Part shown: piece by piece, positions 48,401-60,900 of the stretch | Layout of the letters: the number at the start of each line of letters is the position of its first letter | How positions within the stretch are numbered: the stretch's first letter is position 1 | Assembly: GCF_009834535.1 (NCBI RefSeq) | Contig: NC_045717.1 | Coordinates: 23,126,001 to 23,190,000, forward strand | Reading direction: 5' to 3' | Source of the DNA: Camelus ferus | Taxonomy: Eukaryota | Length of the DNA stretch: 64,000 nt | The notes under the pieces: model-generated | Database searches by the model: none | What the model was told of the DNA's origin: nothing | Seen by the model: the letters and a program-made list of their open reading frames with translations, nothing else | Program-made: the position numbers and the translations under genes

Positions 48401-51400
48401 GAAAGGTGAATTATGGAGGGAGTTTATAAGCCAAGTTTAAGAGTTTGGGTTTCACTTATGAGAGTCACGGACATGTTTTAAATTGAGGCTTAAGGGCTTA
48501 GGAAGCTGGGTCTCCTGGGCTGGCGTTTGGTTAAAGGCAGAGGGAACATCCAGATTTGTTTGGGGTTTTATCCATTCAGTATCCATGGTCCCATTTTCCC
48601 TTCATCAACCATCTGGATATGGTCTCGGTGGGACGGTCAGTCAAGGTGGTCCCCCTTCTCTGGCCAAGGATGAGATGTGTCCAGGCTACACTCTCCAGAA
48701 TTTGAATCTAGGGCTTGGACAAAAGGACTGAACAGAATTGTTTTCATTCACACCCAAAATTGTCCCCTGAAGAGATTTTTCATTCACAGGTCAGAGCTGT
48801 TCTGGTTTCTGGTTTTCCTTGTCTTCTGCAATTCATTGGATTAATGAGCTTCCTGTAATGAATGAATGAATGAATGGTTTAAGTAATTAAGTAACCACAC
48901 ACACTTTATATTTATATTTAAAATGTAAGTTCACCAGAATCATTTTCTTTTGCTTGCTACCAAAGAACCCTAGCTAATATACCAATGCTGATGGTTTTGT
49001 TGGATTTGAGAAATAGAAAGCCAGCTTAAGCAAAAACCAAAACCAAACAAACTGAAAAGAGAGAGAGATGGAGGGAGGGAGGGAGAGAGGGAGAGAATGC
49101 ATTGGAAAGATAGTGGAGTATCTTACAAAATGGAAAGATGAGTTGTTTGGGAAGGTTGGGACCCTAAGTAGGTCTGGAGGGGTCAGCAGAAGGGCAAATA
49201 CTGCCCTCGAGTATCTGCTTTTTTTCTCAGCCTTGTCTCCTCATGGTGGCAAGATGGCTGCCTTATCTTAAACATCATGATGATATCCCAAGGCCTCTTT
49301 AGAGAGTTGCCATTGGTGAAACTCAAATGTGGTAACTCCCAGGCTCTGTGTCTGTTCCAAGTTTCAAATTCTCAAAATAGAAAAATCTGACTTCCCAGTT
49401 TGGGATAGGTGTCTATTCCAGTGGGGTAAGTTCTCAGGATACAGACAGGACAAGTCGGCGTGGAGGTACCTCTGTGTTCTGGGATAGCTCCTGTGAACTG
49501 GGTGGCTGTCCTGGAGATGAGTTTGACCTTGTCCTTTGACAGACAGCAAAGACCTTGGCATGGAAAACAAGGATGTAGGTGGGACTGTGAACTGGGAAAC
49601 CAGTTTGCCAAGGCTGGGTTCTCAAACTGTGCCCTTTGAGCTGGTTCCACCATCGCCTAAGGAGAGCTGTGGGCTTCCCTAGAATCATGAGGGCCCCTGC
49701 CTTGGGGACCTGTACAGGTGCCCAGGACTGAGGCTGGTAGAGGCTGACCTTGTGTCGGGTGATTGATTTCCTCACGCCCACCACTGTGGCGTGTGTGTGT
49801 GTATTTAATAGCTTGTTTCCTTAAAAATTACCAAAAAAACTTTTTTGGAGGGAGGTAATTCGGTCTGTTGAACTGATTATTTATTTAATAGAGGTACTAG
49901 GAGTTGAACCCAGGACCTCATGCATGCTGAGCGTGGGCTTTACCACTGAGCTAGAGCCCCCCGCTGTGCTCTGTATTTTGCATCAGCATCCTTCATACTG
50001 GGGTTCTGAGAAATAACAGAGCACCTAGTTAACAAGGCACTATTTCTTCACTTTCTGAGATGGAATGTAGGCAACTGAGGACAGCTTTACAAGGGGAAGA
50101 TTTTATTGGGGAGAGAAGGGTATAGTCAAGGGAGCAAGCTCACTGACCTCAAGTTGGCAGGTGTAAGAAAATCATGAGAATGCTTGTTTCTGAGCTCACG
50201 TGAGGTATTCACTGTGGCCTCAACATATCTGGGGAGACTGTGAGGGGCATTGGCGTCCTATCTCAGCAGTTGGAGATTTTGAGCCACTGATACTCTGGTG
50301 CAAATGTTCTTGTGACCTTAATAGTATTCACGAGGCTAATGAGGTCCGGGAACTTCGGGTCAACAGCACAAAGAGGTAGGTGGCATTACGCATAGATCAC
50401 AAATGCAGAGAAGGGAGGTTAGGGAATTGAAGTTACCTTCTCAAGACTCCACAGTTAATGAGCAAGAGAGCATATATCCAGTCCCACACCACTTGGAGAC
50501 CAAAGCCTGTTAACTGGAACACTTTGACTTCAAATAAAACACCCAACCAAAAACAGTTGAAATAAAAAGATGATTTTTTTTTTAATGGACGTTGGAGGGA
50601 GATGGTTCCAGAATAGATTCCCTCAGAGCCCAACATCACCAGGCTACTTGGTTCTTTCCATCTTTCTTCTCTGCTGTCCCTAGAGAAGTGGTTCTCAAAA
50701 TACTGAGTACCTACCCTGAGGTCCCTGAGACCCTTTCAATTCCTCGAGGTCATAGTGATTTTCATAATAATACGAAGGTATTATTTGTGTTTCCCCACTC
50801 TGATTATCTCGCAGGGGTACAATGGAATCTTCCAGAGGCTGCATGATGTGTGTTGACATCATTTATCTGATGGCCAAAGGAATGTGTGCTTGTACAGTAA
50901 TGTGTTTTGAAAGTTTTTAGGCTTTAATTTCTAATATAGTAAATCTTGATAGATGTAACTCACACAGGCAAAACCTCGTCAGGGTCTTCAATAATATTTA
51001 AGAATATAAGAAGTTCTTGAAACCAACAAGTTTGAGAACCACTGTCCTCAAGTATTTGTTTTTACCAATAGCCCTTTTTCCTCATGGTTGCAAAATGGCT
51101 GCCACATCTTAAACATCAGAACAATGTCCAAAGGACTTTTCACTTAGCCTGGTTTCAACAAAGAGAACTTTCCCAGAAGTCCCTCATCAGATATTCCATC
51201 ATGTTTCATCGGCCAGAATTATATCACACATCCATTCCTTAACCAATTATTGGCAATAGAGATGACTAATCAGGCTAAATCCTGCCTCCCTTGAAGGCCA
51301 GGTCTTCCTAATGCCTGAACAAAATTCAGTTTTATTTAGCAAGGAAGAAGGGGCATATATATAACTTAAGATGTAGATTCAGCTGCTATACCGGAGGCCT

Positions 51401-54400
51401 AAAACAATAACAGTTTAATGAAGATAGAAGTTTCTCTAGTCATAACTTCCCAGGGCTAGTGTGAGAGATTTATGGTGCCAGGGACTTGGGCTCCTTCTGT
51501 ATGGTTGTTTTCTTACCTCTAGACCATTGCCCTCATCTGTATGGTCCAAGAAGCTACCCCACCATATCTGTATCCCAGTAGAATTGGAGTAAGGGGAGGG
51601 CTCGCCCCTTCCCTTTAAGAAGGCAACCTGGAAGCCATGTTTGTCCCAGTCTTACTGGCCAGAACTTGGTCACATGGTTTTGTGTAGCTGCAAGGGAATC
51701 TGGGAAATGTAGTCTCCAGCTGGGTGGCCTTGTTACACAGAAGAAGGAGAGAATCAGATTAGCTAGCACCAGCTGTTATTCCCTTTTGCCTCCCAAGAAG
51801 GACGTGCCCTCCTAATACTGAACCAAATCAGTTTGGTTAAGGAGGAAGAGGGGAGGATGGCTGTTCAGTGTTTAATTCCCGCTCCCTGCTGTAACTCGCT
51901 GTATTCTTAGTGGTCATTGTTAGTTATTACTGTGAATCATGTGCTATTATCTGACATCGGTCAAAGTCTGTGAAGCAGTCTCTGCTGCTGTGATAAACAG
52001 CCCTCTTATCTGTCTCACAAGAAATTCACTTGGGATCTGGTTTCAAATCCAGTTTCAAATCCTGGATTCTCCACTTACTGGGGTGACCTGGGCTGGACCA
52101 TTTGACCACTCTGAGAATCAATGTCTTCTTCTATAATGTGGTCCACCTAATATCTACCAGTGTTGTTGTGACGATAAGTTATGATTCTGGGAATAATAAA
52201 CCTTACCTGGGCCCAGAACATAGTAAATGTCTAATGATAGGGAGACAAGTAACTAATCCACAGCAACAGAGCTGTGCAATCATGGGGTTCTGAACAAGGT
52301 GTGCCACACCTGCTGGCTGCTATGCTCCCTCCTCCTCCCCAACCCCACCCAGCCTACAGTAATATTGCCTCTTTGTCTCAGCTAGCTAATGCTGCATAAC
52401 AAATCACCCTAAAATGTAGTGGCTTGAAATAGTGACTACTTTTGTTTCGCTCATGAACTGGTAATCTGGGTAGGGTTTGGTAGGGACAGCTTGTCTCTGT
52501 TCCACTTGGCATCCACTGGGATGACTTGAAACAGAGAAGGGGACTAGAATCATCTGAAAGGTCATGTGTGTGGCAGTTGGACTGGAAAGAGTGAAACACC
52601 TAGGGACTGGAACAGCTAGGGCTCCTCCAGCATCTCTTTTGATTTCTCTCTGATCTCTCCACGTGGTCTTTCCAGCATGGCAGCTTTAAGGGTACCCAGT
52701 CTTTTTTCATGGTGGCTTAGAGCTCCAATGTCTCACACTCTAAGGTAGAGACAGTCAGATGGAAGCCACAGTGCTTTTTATGACCTAACCTCAGAAGTCA
52801 CACCCCATGACTTCTGCTTCACACTGTTTTCTTTTTCTTTTTTTCAGAAGCAAGCCACTAGGGTATTGCACTCTCTTTCCTTGTCTACAAGACCAAGACC
52901 AACTCATGACCACCACATTTGCATTTCAGTCCATAGGACATAGAGGGCAAGCCTTAAACTGCTTTTGAAGGACTGACCTGGAAGTAACTTATTTACATTC
53001 CTATCCCATTGGCTCAACCAGTTCACAAGGTGACAGTGAGCTGCGAGGAAGGCTATGAAACGTAGTCTTTAGTTGAGTAGTCATGTGCCCAGTGTAAACT
53101 TGGGGGACACTATTGCTGAAAGGAAAATGTAGAAGGTTAGTAGATAGTCTTTGCCACACTCTTGAAGGAATAAATGAACCCATAGAATAATGGATGGAGT
53201 GATGGCTCTACTGATGGCTGGTTGGCTAGTAGGATTAGCAGAACTATAGCTAGACCCTGGGTTAATTACCAGCCTGAAAGGCGTCAGGTGCCTCCCCTGT
53301 CTGACAGCCCCTTCCCTACATTTTCCCCTTCTCCAGTTCAGCAATGTCACCTTCCTCATCTTTGGGCCTCTCATGATGTTTCTGATGCACCCGTATGCCC
53401 AGGTACGCTCCCACTGGGTTTATATCATCTGCATCCTCTTCATGGCCATAGGTAGGTGGGGGTCTGTGACAGTGGGGCAGGTCAGGGGGCAGGAATGGAC
53501 GACTCCCTTGACCACCTGCCTTATGTCTCTTGCTTCAGGCCTGTTTTCCATGTATTTCCACGTGACGCTCAGCTTCCTGGGCCAGATCCTGGACGAGATC
53601 GCTATCCTGTGGCTGCTGGCCGGCAGCTACGGCATATGGTTGCCCCGCTGCTACTTTCCCGCCTTCCTGGGGCAGAGCAGGTGGGTGGGGCCAGAGCCCA
53701 CCTATCCTCCGGGTCCCCTCCCCAAGCCTTCTCGTGGTCCCTGGGATCCCTCCCCTGGCCACTCCAGAACTTTCTCCTGACCCTGCCTGACCTAACCAGA
53801 CTTTCGGGGACCCTTCCTCTGGGGGTACCTAGGATCCCTGGATATCCTCCCCTTATCCTCCCTGCTTATTTGGAATTCCTCCCCTGATCCCACCTGGAAA
53901 TCTGGGACCTTCTCCAGATCCTGACTGAGCCCATCTTGGGGTCCCAGGATCCCATGCCTAAGGTTACTTGGGGCCCAGAGATCTCTCCTCTGAGCCGATC
54001 ACCTGGGCCCCCTGAATCTTTCATTGGATCCTTCTGGACCCCTTTTCTGACTCACCTGAACCCTCCAGGACCCCTCTCCTAATAGCCTCTGGGACCCCTG
54101 CAATTCCTTTTTTTTTTTTTTTTAACGTAAATTGTTATTTTTTAATGGAGATACTGGGAATTGAACCCAGGACCTTGTGCATGCTAAGCATGTGCTTTGC
54201 CATTGAGCTATACATGCTAAGGATCAATTCCTTCTTTAATCCCACCTGGCTCCCCAGAATCCCTTGCCTCAACTCACCTGGGCCCTGGGACCCTCTTCTG
54301 ATTGGACTAAGCCCCCTTGAGCTTCCCTGAGACCCTTTTACCATCCTACGCATCCCACTACCCTGGGGCCCCCTTCAGACCCTGCTTTGCCCACATGGGT

Positions 54401-57400
54401 TCCCTGGGAAGTTGTGTTGACCCTCCTGAGTCCCTTGGGATCCTTTCCTAAACTCACCTGGGAGTCTTAAGACCTTTTTCAGAGCCCAGTTTGGCTCCTT
54501 GTAGCCCTTTCCCTTTTCTCATCCATCTTTGCCCCAAGATCTCCATGGGACCCTGCCTAAACCCCACAGGAACTCCCCTCCACCGCCCCCAACAGCTGAG
54601 CCCTTCTCTCCCCAGGCTGCAGTTCGTCTGCCTGGTCTGTATCACCACCATTGTCAGCACCTTCCTGTCCTTCCTGAAGCCCACGATCAACGCATACGCC
54701 CTCAACAGCATTGCCGTGCACGTGTTCTACATCGTGTTCCAGGAGTACAAGAAGTGGGTGGTGGCTGCAGGTGCCCGGGGAGGTGGCTCCCTTCCCCACT
54801 CCAACAACCTCCCTTCACCCAGTACTCACCCTGTTCCCAAAATAGTTATTGACTTCAGGCTCATGGGGACAATGTCCTTTCCCCAAGATCATTCACCAAC
54901 TAAGAGCAGGACCAGGATTTGAACCGAAGGCTGTCTGACTGCAGAGTTCATCCCTTTTGTTGCAAACCCCCCAAACATACATACAAGTAGAGAGCATTGC
55001 ATCAGAAACCTCCATGTGTGCCACTAACCAGCCCGCACAACCGTTAGCACTTTGCCAACCTGCATTCTGTATTCCCCCCAGATTTCATGTAATGTCACCC
55101 ATTCGTTGTTCAGGATTTCACTCTCCTGATACAGAATTATTTTTTTTTCATTTTTATTTTTGTTTGTTATTGAAGTGTAGTCAATTTACAATGTTAGTTT
55201 CAAGTATACAGCAAAGTGATTCAGTTATACATACATATATATTTTCAGTTTCTTAAAAATGGCTCATTACAGGAATTGAATATAGTTCCCTGTGCTGTAT
55301 GTAGAATTATCTTTAACCCATGCTAGGTCTTAGCAGGCTAGAGAGGGGACTTTCAAATGGAGCTGTTTGAGGAGAGTTGAATAAAAGGGTTATTTACAAA
55401 GGAGAGGGAAGACTGTCGTAAACTCACTAGGGATCCTTTAGAAACCCTGTGCTAATAAGGATGGGTTTCTGTGATCATCAGGAGACCTGAGATGGGAAGC
55501 AATGGGAGGGAGTGATTGCACGAATCTGGAAGAAGAGAGCTAGCAGGGAGGGTCTCCTTGGCAAGAGCTGTGACCTCTAGTTGTTGGTTCCCTCCAGCCT
55601 GAGCCAACCCCACAGGGAGGTTGTGTGGACCAAACCCAGGGGCCCCCTTGTCCTTGGTCTTCTAGTTGGGTTGACCAGTGGTTTCCAGCTGGGTTAGCCA
55701 ATGGTTTCCAGTTGGGTTGGCCAATGGTTTCCAGTTGGGTTGGCCAATGAGGAGCCTCAAGTGGGAACCAAAGGGTGAGGGGAGGGAACTGTTAGAATAT
55801 ATATTTCCAAGTCCACATAGCTCACCCGCCCCCCCATCCCCTGAGGTGTGAGGCAGAGTGGAGAAAGGTAGGAAAGGATCCAGACGGGCAAGTGGAAGAC
55901 CTGGCACACACACGTCTCACAAGGTTAATGATCCTTCCCTAGAATAGCGTCTAATACTCAGTTTGCACTGACCTTTCATCAGTTTCCCAAAGGCATCTTT
56001 TTATACCTGGACTTGTTTAAATCAGAATGCAAACACAGTCTTAGATCATCTTTATTTCACAGCATCCTTCCCTCCTTCCCTTCCCCTTTCTTCATGCCTC
56101 TGACTTTTTAAAATTGAAGTATAGTCCGTTGCAATGTGTCAATTTCTAGTGTACAGCATAATGTTTCAGTCATACATATATATACATGTATTCGTTTTCA
56201 TATTCTTTTTCATTATAGGTTACAAGATATTGAATATAGTTTCCTGTGCTATACAGAAGAAATTTGGGTTTTTTAATCTATTCTATATAGTGGTTAATAT
56301 TTGCAAATCTCAAACTCCCAATTTATCTCTTTCCACCCTCTTTCCCCCTGGTAACCATAGGTTTGTTTTCTATGTCTATGAGTCTGTTTCTGTTTTGTAA
56401 GTAAGTCCATGTAGGTCTTTTTTTTTTTTTTTAGATTCCACATATAAGTGATATCATATGGAATTTTTCTTTCTCTTTCTGGCTTACTGAATTCANNNNN
56501 NNNNNNNNNNNNNNNNNNNNNNNNNNNNNNNNNNNNNNNNNNNNNNNNNNNNNNNNNNNNNNNNNNNNNNNNNNNNNNNNNNNNNNNNNNNNNNNNNNNN
56601 NNNNNNNNNNNNNNNNNNNNNNNNNNNNNNNNNNNNNNNNNNNNNNNNNTCATGCCTCTGATTTAACCACGGAAACTTGATCATTTGTCTTATAGAACAT
56701 CCTGCATTCTGGATTTGTTTGGCTGCTTCCTGTGGTGCCTCTCAATGTGTTTCCTTATTTTTTCTTTTATTTTTGATATTTCCTACAAATTAATAGATCT
56801 ACATTTATGCTTAATTTTTTTTTCATTTTATGCATGGTGCTGAGTTCTGCTTGTTCCACCCCATTAAGATCCTCCCCCCATAATGAGTGATTGTCCCACA
56901 TTTAGTGCCATTAAGTTTGATTAGTGGATTTGGATGGTGTCATCCAGACCCTTCATTATAGAGTTTTCTACTGACCCTTTCACCTGATGATTCCAGTGGC
57001 CATTTCATGCTGTCTCCATCCATGATCTCATTAGAGGGGGCAAAGTGGTGGTTTTCAGATTCTGTTATTCCTTCTGCATTGATTGATGATGATCTGGCTT
57101 TCATCTATCCTGACAGAAGGACTGTCACTCATCAACCTTGAAGTACGATTTGGACAGGACATACAGGATAGAGCATTGATTCTTTCCCTTTTAAAACTCA
57201 ATTTCCAAAGAATATTAAAATGAATATATGCATGTATATGCATGACTGAGACATTATGCTGTACACCAGAAATTAACACATTGTAACTGACTGTACTTCA
57301 ATTAAAAAAAAAACCCTCTATTTCCAGAGTAAGGGTTTGGTACCTTAGCCATCACTAAGAAGGACCAATGAAGTTGTTTTTTCTTTAAGTAGTATTATGA

Positions 57401-57694
57401 TCTCATGGGTGTTTATCTCTCTGATATGTTTCAATCCATTGCAGTCACTATGCTATATTTTTTACTTTTTCTTTTGAAATGATTACAGGCTCATAGCAAG
57501 TTGCAAAAATAACAGAGTCCTGTGTACCCTTCACCCAGAGTTCCCTCACCTTGCCTCCCCCAATGGTAGCATCTTATGTATCCATCGTGCAATCTCAAAT
57601 AGGGAGAAACTGACAATGTGACGGTACTGTTAACTAGACCACAGACTTTACTCAGATTTCACTAACTCTTACGCCTTCCTCCTCCTCCTTCTCC

Positions 57695-57726
<32 letters not shown>

Positions 57727-58594
57727 TCAAACCGTCCCATTTTAGGTTAGTGGGCCGGGCTTGTGCTTTTACCCATAAAAGCGTTACTGCCTCATAAATC
57801 CCTGATACACTCTTTCCTAAGGGACAATAGGTTAGCTCTGCTATTGGGGAAACACAGATTCTCATCTTGAGTGGTCCCAAGATGTGGCCTCAGAGAATTC
57901 ACACACATTCTCATGGACACACAGACGTAAGTCCTCATGCACCAATGTGCAGGTGCACACACACTTACACCCCAAAACACAAACCCAGAAGGGCCTGTCG
58001 GTTAAGAATTCTGCATTCCGATAATACTGATGCAGACCCCACTTACTAGCTGTGTAACCTTGGGGTGGGGGCTGGGGCATACTTAATCTCACGCACCTCA
58101 GTTTTTTCATCTATAAAATGGGAACAATAGCCTTGTGGTGAGGACTGGGTTTCTACCTTTTAGAACCACACCTGGCATCCTATAAGTACTCAGTGAGTGT
58201 TGGCACAGATCAGGCCCCTCCCCCACTGCCCCTTTGATCCTTCCCTCCTCCCAGCCTCATCTCCTTGGATGGAGGAATTTCCCATCAGCCCCCGTCAGGC
58301 TCTGCTATCGGAGTCAGGCTCTGATCTCCCTCCCTCCCTCCCTCCTTAGGATGGATAATAAAGAGCTGCGGCATATAATCAAGGTCACCGTGGTCTTATG
58401 GGCATTTGCCTTCTCTAGCTGGATCAGCGACCGCTTGCTTTGCAGTTTCTGGCAGTGGATTAATTTCTTCTACTTGCACAGCATCTGGTAAGCACCTGTC
58501 CTGTGGTCTGGGGCCCTGGGAGCAGAAAATCTCAGATGCCAGAGCTCAGAGCAGGAGCCTGGGGGCAGGGTGGGGAGGCACAGATACGGGGACT

Positions 58595-58643
<49 letters not shown>

Positions 58644-58977
58644 CAGATGGCAGGGGGTGGGGGGCAGTGGCTGCAGTTGGGAGGTCAGGTCTGGAAGGTC
58701 CCTTTGGAAGGTCAGGGTCCATGAGAGGTAAGGAGATGACCCAGGTGGGGCTGGGGGCATCAGGCTGGCTGCAGAGGCATCTTGTGCCCTCACCACCCTC
58801 TCCCACAGGCATGTGCTTATCAGCATCACCTTCCCCTACGGCATAGTCATCATGGCCTTGGTGGATGCCAGATACGAGATGCCAGACCAAACTCTCAAAG
58901 TCCGCTACTGGCCTCAGGACACTTGGCCCGTGGGGCTGCCCTATGTGGAGGTCAGTGGTGACCACAAGAGCTGCTGA
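39476..58977 (+). CDS. ACER1: Alkaline ceramidase 1, 264 aa. Exons 39476-39568, 53337-53451, 53539-53680, 54616-54753, 58350-58487, 58809-58977.
   Basis: The spliced CDS is 795 nt with GT-AG introns. It has MPSIFAYQSSEVDWCESNF...AEFYNT, the CREST-family SxxxH (FSMYFH), LDEIAILW, SWISDR and HSIWH zinc ligands, and multiple hydrophobic TM segments. Confidence 0.97.
39991..40083. mobile_element. MER81-like hAT MITE (a second copy lies at about 33000-33092)
   Basis: GGTGACCAACTCATCCTGATTTG...GCACTG.AAGTCTCATGTCCCAGGAAACCCCTCAG. Confidence 0.6.
41010..41150 (-). mobile_element. tRNA-derived SINE
   Basis: A/B boxes. Perfect 13-bp TSD CCTGTCTCTAAAT at 40997-41009 and 41151-41163. Confidence 0.92.
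41521..41831. mobile_element. MER58-like hAT-Charlie DNA transposon
   Basis: CAGGGGTCG...TTTTTCTGTAAAGGCCAGA...GTGGCTGTGTACCAATAAAACTTTATTT...GAATTTGGC. Confidence 0.8.
41986..42075 (-). mobile_element. tRNA-derived SINE, preceded by a headless + strand tail fragment at about 41905-41950
   Basis: A/B boxes. The adjacent AAACCTAATTACCCGCCCCC tail is in the opposite orientation. Confidence 0.8.
44660..45030 (+). mobile_element. L1MB-like 3' end
   Basis: CCCAAATGTCCATCAGTGGATGAATAGATAAAC...ATGGAATATTATTCAGCCATGAAAAGG...GGTGATGAAAATGTTCTGGAG. Confidence 0.85.
45488..45592 (-). mobile_element. tRNA-derived SINE
   Basis: A/B boxes and T-rich tail. Confidence 0.85.
47040..47092. repeat. (AATG)n tetranucleotide microsatellite
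   Basis: About 13 perfect units. Confidence 0.95.
49840..49962 (-). mobile_element. tRNA-derived SINE
   Basis: A/B boxes and the tail motif. Confidence 0.85.
50686..51043. mobile_element. hAT-Charlie (Charlie1-like) non-autonomous element
   Basis: Terminal inverted repeats AGTGGTTCTCAAA ... TTTGAGAACCACTG, with internal GAGACCCTTTCA...TTTTCATAATAATAC. Confidence 0.75.
52375..52850. mobile_element. MaLR LTR (MLT1F/G-like)
   Basis: GCTAATGCTGCATAACAAATCACCCTAAAATGTAGTGGCTTGAAA...TATGACCTAACCTCAGAAGTCACA. Confidence 0.7.
54110..54224 (-). mobile_element. tRNA-derived SINE in ACER1 intron 3
   Basis: A/B boxes. TSD CAATTCCTT at 54101-54109 and 54225-54233. Confidence 0.88.
55664..55749. repeat. 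23-bp tandem repeat (AGTTGGGTTGGCCAATGGTTTCC)x~3.8 in ACER1 intron 4
   Basis: Units start at 55664, 55687, 55710 and 55733. Confidence 0.92.
56105..56495 (-). mobile_element. Artiodactyl-type L1 3' end, running into an N gap
   Basis: AATTGAAGTATAGTC...GTACAGCATAATGTTTCAGTCATACAT...TAGATTCCACATATAAGTGATATCATATG. Confidence 0.88.
56496..56649. other. Assembly gap (N run)
   Basis: Ns inside L1. Confidence 1.
57697..57726. repeat. (TG)n microsatellite
   Basis: Read directly from the sequence. Confidence 0.95.
58597..58642. repeat. (TG)n microsatellite in ACER1 intron 5
   Basis: About 22 units. Confidence 0.95.
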
Positions 58978-59904
58978 GGTCCGCCAGCTCCTTCCTACCC
59001 GACCACCTGCGAACCCACCTGTGTCTTGAAGGAGCGTGGCCTGAATCAGGAGACTGAGAGACACTCGAAGTTCCTGTCTCCATCTCCCTTTCCCCATCCT
59101 CTTTGTCCTGCACGGTCCCACCCCAAGGCAGGGGATGGACTTCGTGACCTCTGTGTGCGGTTGCCTGATGACCCGGGGAGCTGCCTGGCAGAGGCTCCCC
59201 CCTCCATCGCCTGCCCCTGTTCTCTTTCCTTTTCTCCTCTGTGTCCACCGCTTCCCTGTTGTCACATGACCTGGTTTGGCTGGACCACTCGGTGCTGTGA
59301 TTACGTGGCACTTACTGGGAATGACCTCAGGCTGGGTTTGGTTCCCCAGGGCACCTTATGAACAGTGGAGGTCGCTACCAGTCTCTTTGGACCTGTCTTT
59401 GGCCATGTGATGTCCCTGGTACTTGGGGGGCATCTCAGAGAATGGACGTGTTATCCATCACCTCATTCTACGCTCACACGTGTGTGCAGAGACCTCAAAG
59501 ATCCTCACATGTGCTCACATGCAGCCCGTGGACTTGTGGGCCTGTCTCACTGGTCGACAGCAGAGCAGTGTGGAGGCCTGGACTGGGTGATTTGGGTGCT
59601 GTCCGAGCATGGACATCAGGAGGGGGGCTGGGGTGGCTGGTACAGGCTCTCAAAGTGAGGGAAGAAGGGGAGAATGGTTTCCACGGAGGTTAAGAGCACG
59701 GGGCTTGGAGTTTGAACCCTGCTCCACAGCTTCCTACTTGTATAATCTGTGGGGAGTGATTATTCCTGCCCTTGAAGTTCAAAGACCTTGTCTGTAAGAT
59801 GGAAACATTCCTTCCCTCATGGGATTTCAGTGTATGTAAGAAAAGATAATGTATATAAAGTGCTTAGTATGGAGTCTGGCAAACATTCACCCATCTACTT
59901 GTCC

Positions 59905-60450
59905 TTTTATTCATCCATCCTTCCATTCATCCATCCATCCATCTTTTTAACTCTCTATTGAACCATCCATCTATCCTTTAGGTTACCCATCCGTTAATTT
60001 ATTCATTCATTCCTTCATCTTGTTTTCTATTATCTATCTTTTTAACTCTCCCTGTTCATTCATTAATGTATCATCCATTCCTTGAACTATTCATTGAACT
60101 ATCCATGCATCCGTCTACCCCTCCACTTATATATCCATCTGTCCATATATATATTATTCATCTTTTCATCATCTATTATCCTTCCATCCATTTATCCAAC
60201 TGTAACCCATCCACTTTTCCATCCATCCATCCACCCATCAATCCATCATCTGTATTTAGCCATCATTTATATTCATTTATCCTCAGTCTATCCAGTTATC
60301 CAATTATTTATCTATCCCTCATCCATCCATCCATCCATCCATATTTAGCCATCTATTTATTCATTTATCCATTCAAATCATTCAACCATCCTCCCATTCA
60401 TCTGTTTCCCTACCCATTCATTCGTTCATTCATTCATTTATTTATCTCTT
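59905..60450. repeat. Degenerate (CCAT/TCAT)n low-complexity tract
   Basis: About 550 bp of CCATCCAT/CATTCATT variants with almost no G. Confidence 0.9.
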
Positions 60451-60900
60451 CAATAAATATATATTGAGTTCCTACTGTATGTTTGACACTAACCCTTGAG
60501 GATATAAGACAATAAAGATGTGCAAAGTCCCTGCCCTAATGAGGGGACACACGTTAAATAAATAAAAAGACACACAACCAAGGCAATTCCAGTCCCTGAT
60601 GGGTGCTGCAAAAAAGGTAAAGCATGGTGATGTTCTCAAGACCATGAGTGAAAGGAGCAGCCCTTTCAAGTGGCTGCCCTGTGGGGAGCGCACTTTCTAG
60701 CTGAGCCCTCAATGCTGAGAGGAGACCAGCCCCACCAAGAGCTGGGCAGGACCATTCCGGGCAGAGGGAATGGTGGGTGTGAGACTCCCGGGGTGGGAAT
60801 GAACTGGAGCGACAGAAAGAAGGCTGTTGTTGGAGCTGAGTAAAGGAGGGAGAGTTCCAGGTGGTTGGTTCTTAACCTGGGGCCTGGGATGGGTTTCAGT
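60450..60900. mobile_element. L2 3'-end remnant
   Basis: CAATAAATATATATTGAGTTCCTACTGTATG...CAAAGTCCCTGCCCTAATG...CTGAGCCCTCAA...ACCATTCCGGGCAGAGGGAA. Confidence 0.7.

Noticed and set aside
50040-50560. Unassigned segment with a minus-strand AATAAA, considered as a processed pseudogene
   Set aside because: It has no recognisable ORF, poly(A) tail or TSD. It is more likely an old LTR remnant that I cannot classify.
55664-55749. 23-bp direct repeats as a possible CRISPR-like array
   Set aside because: The units are contiguous with no spacers, and the genome is eukaryotic with no cas genes.
58357-58362. AATAAA inside ACER1 exon 5
   Set aside because: It is explained by the Asn-Lys codons (AAT AAA), and no downstream GU-rich element is evident.
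60066-60467. 133-aa His/Ile/Pro/Ser-rich ORF
   Set aside because: It is a translation of the (CCAT)n low-complexity tract.
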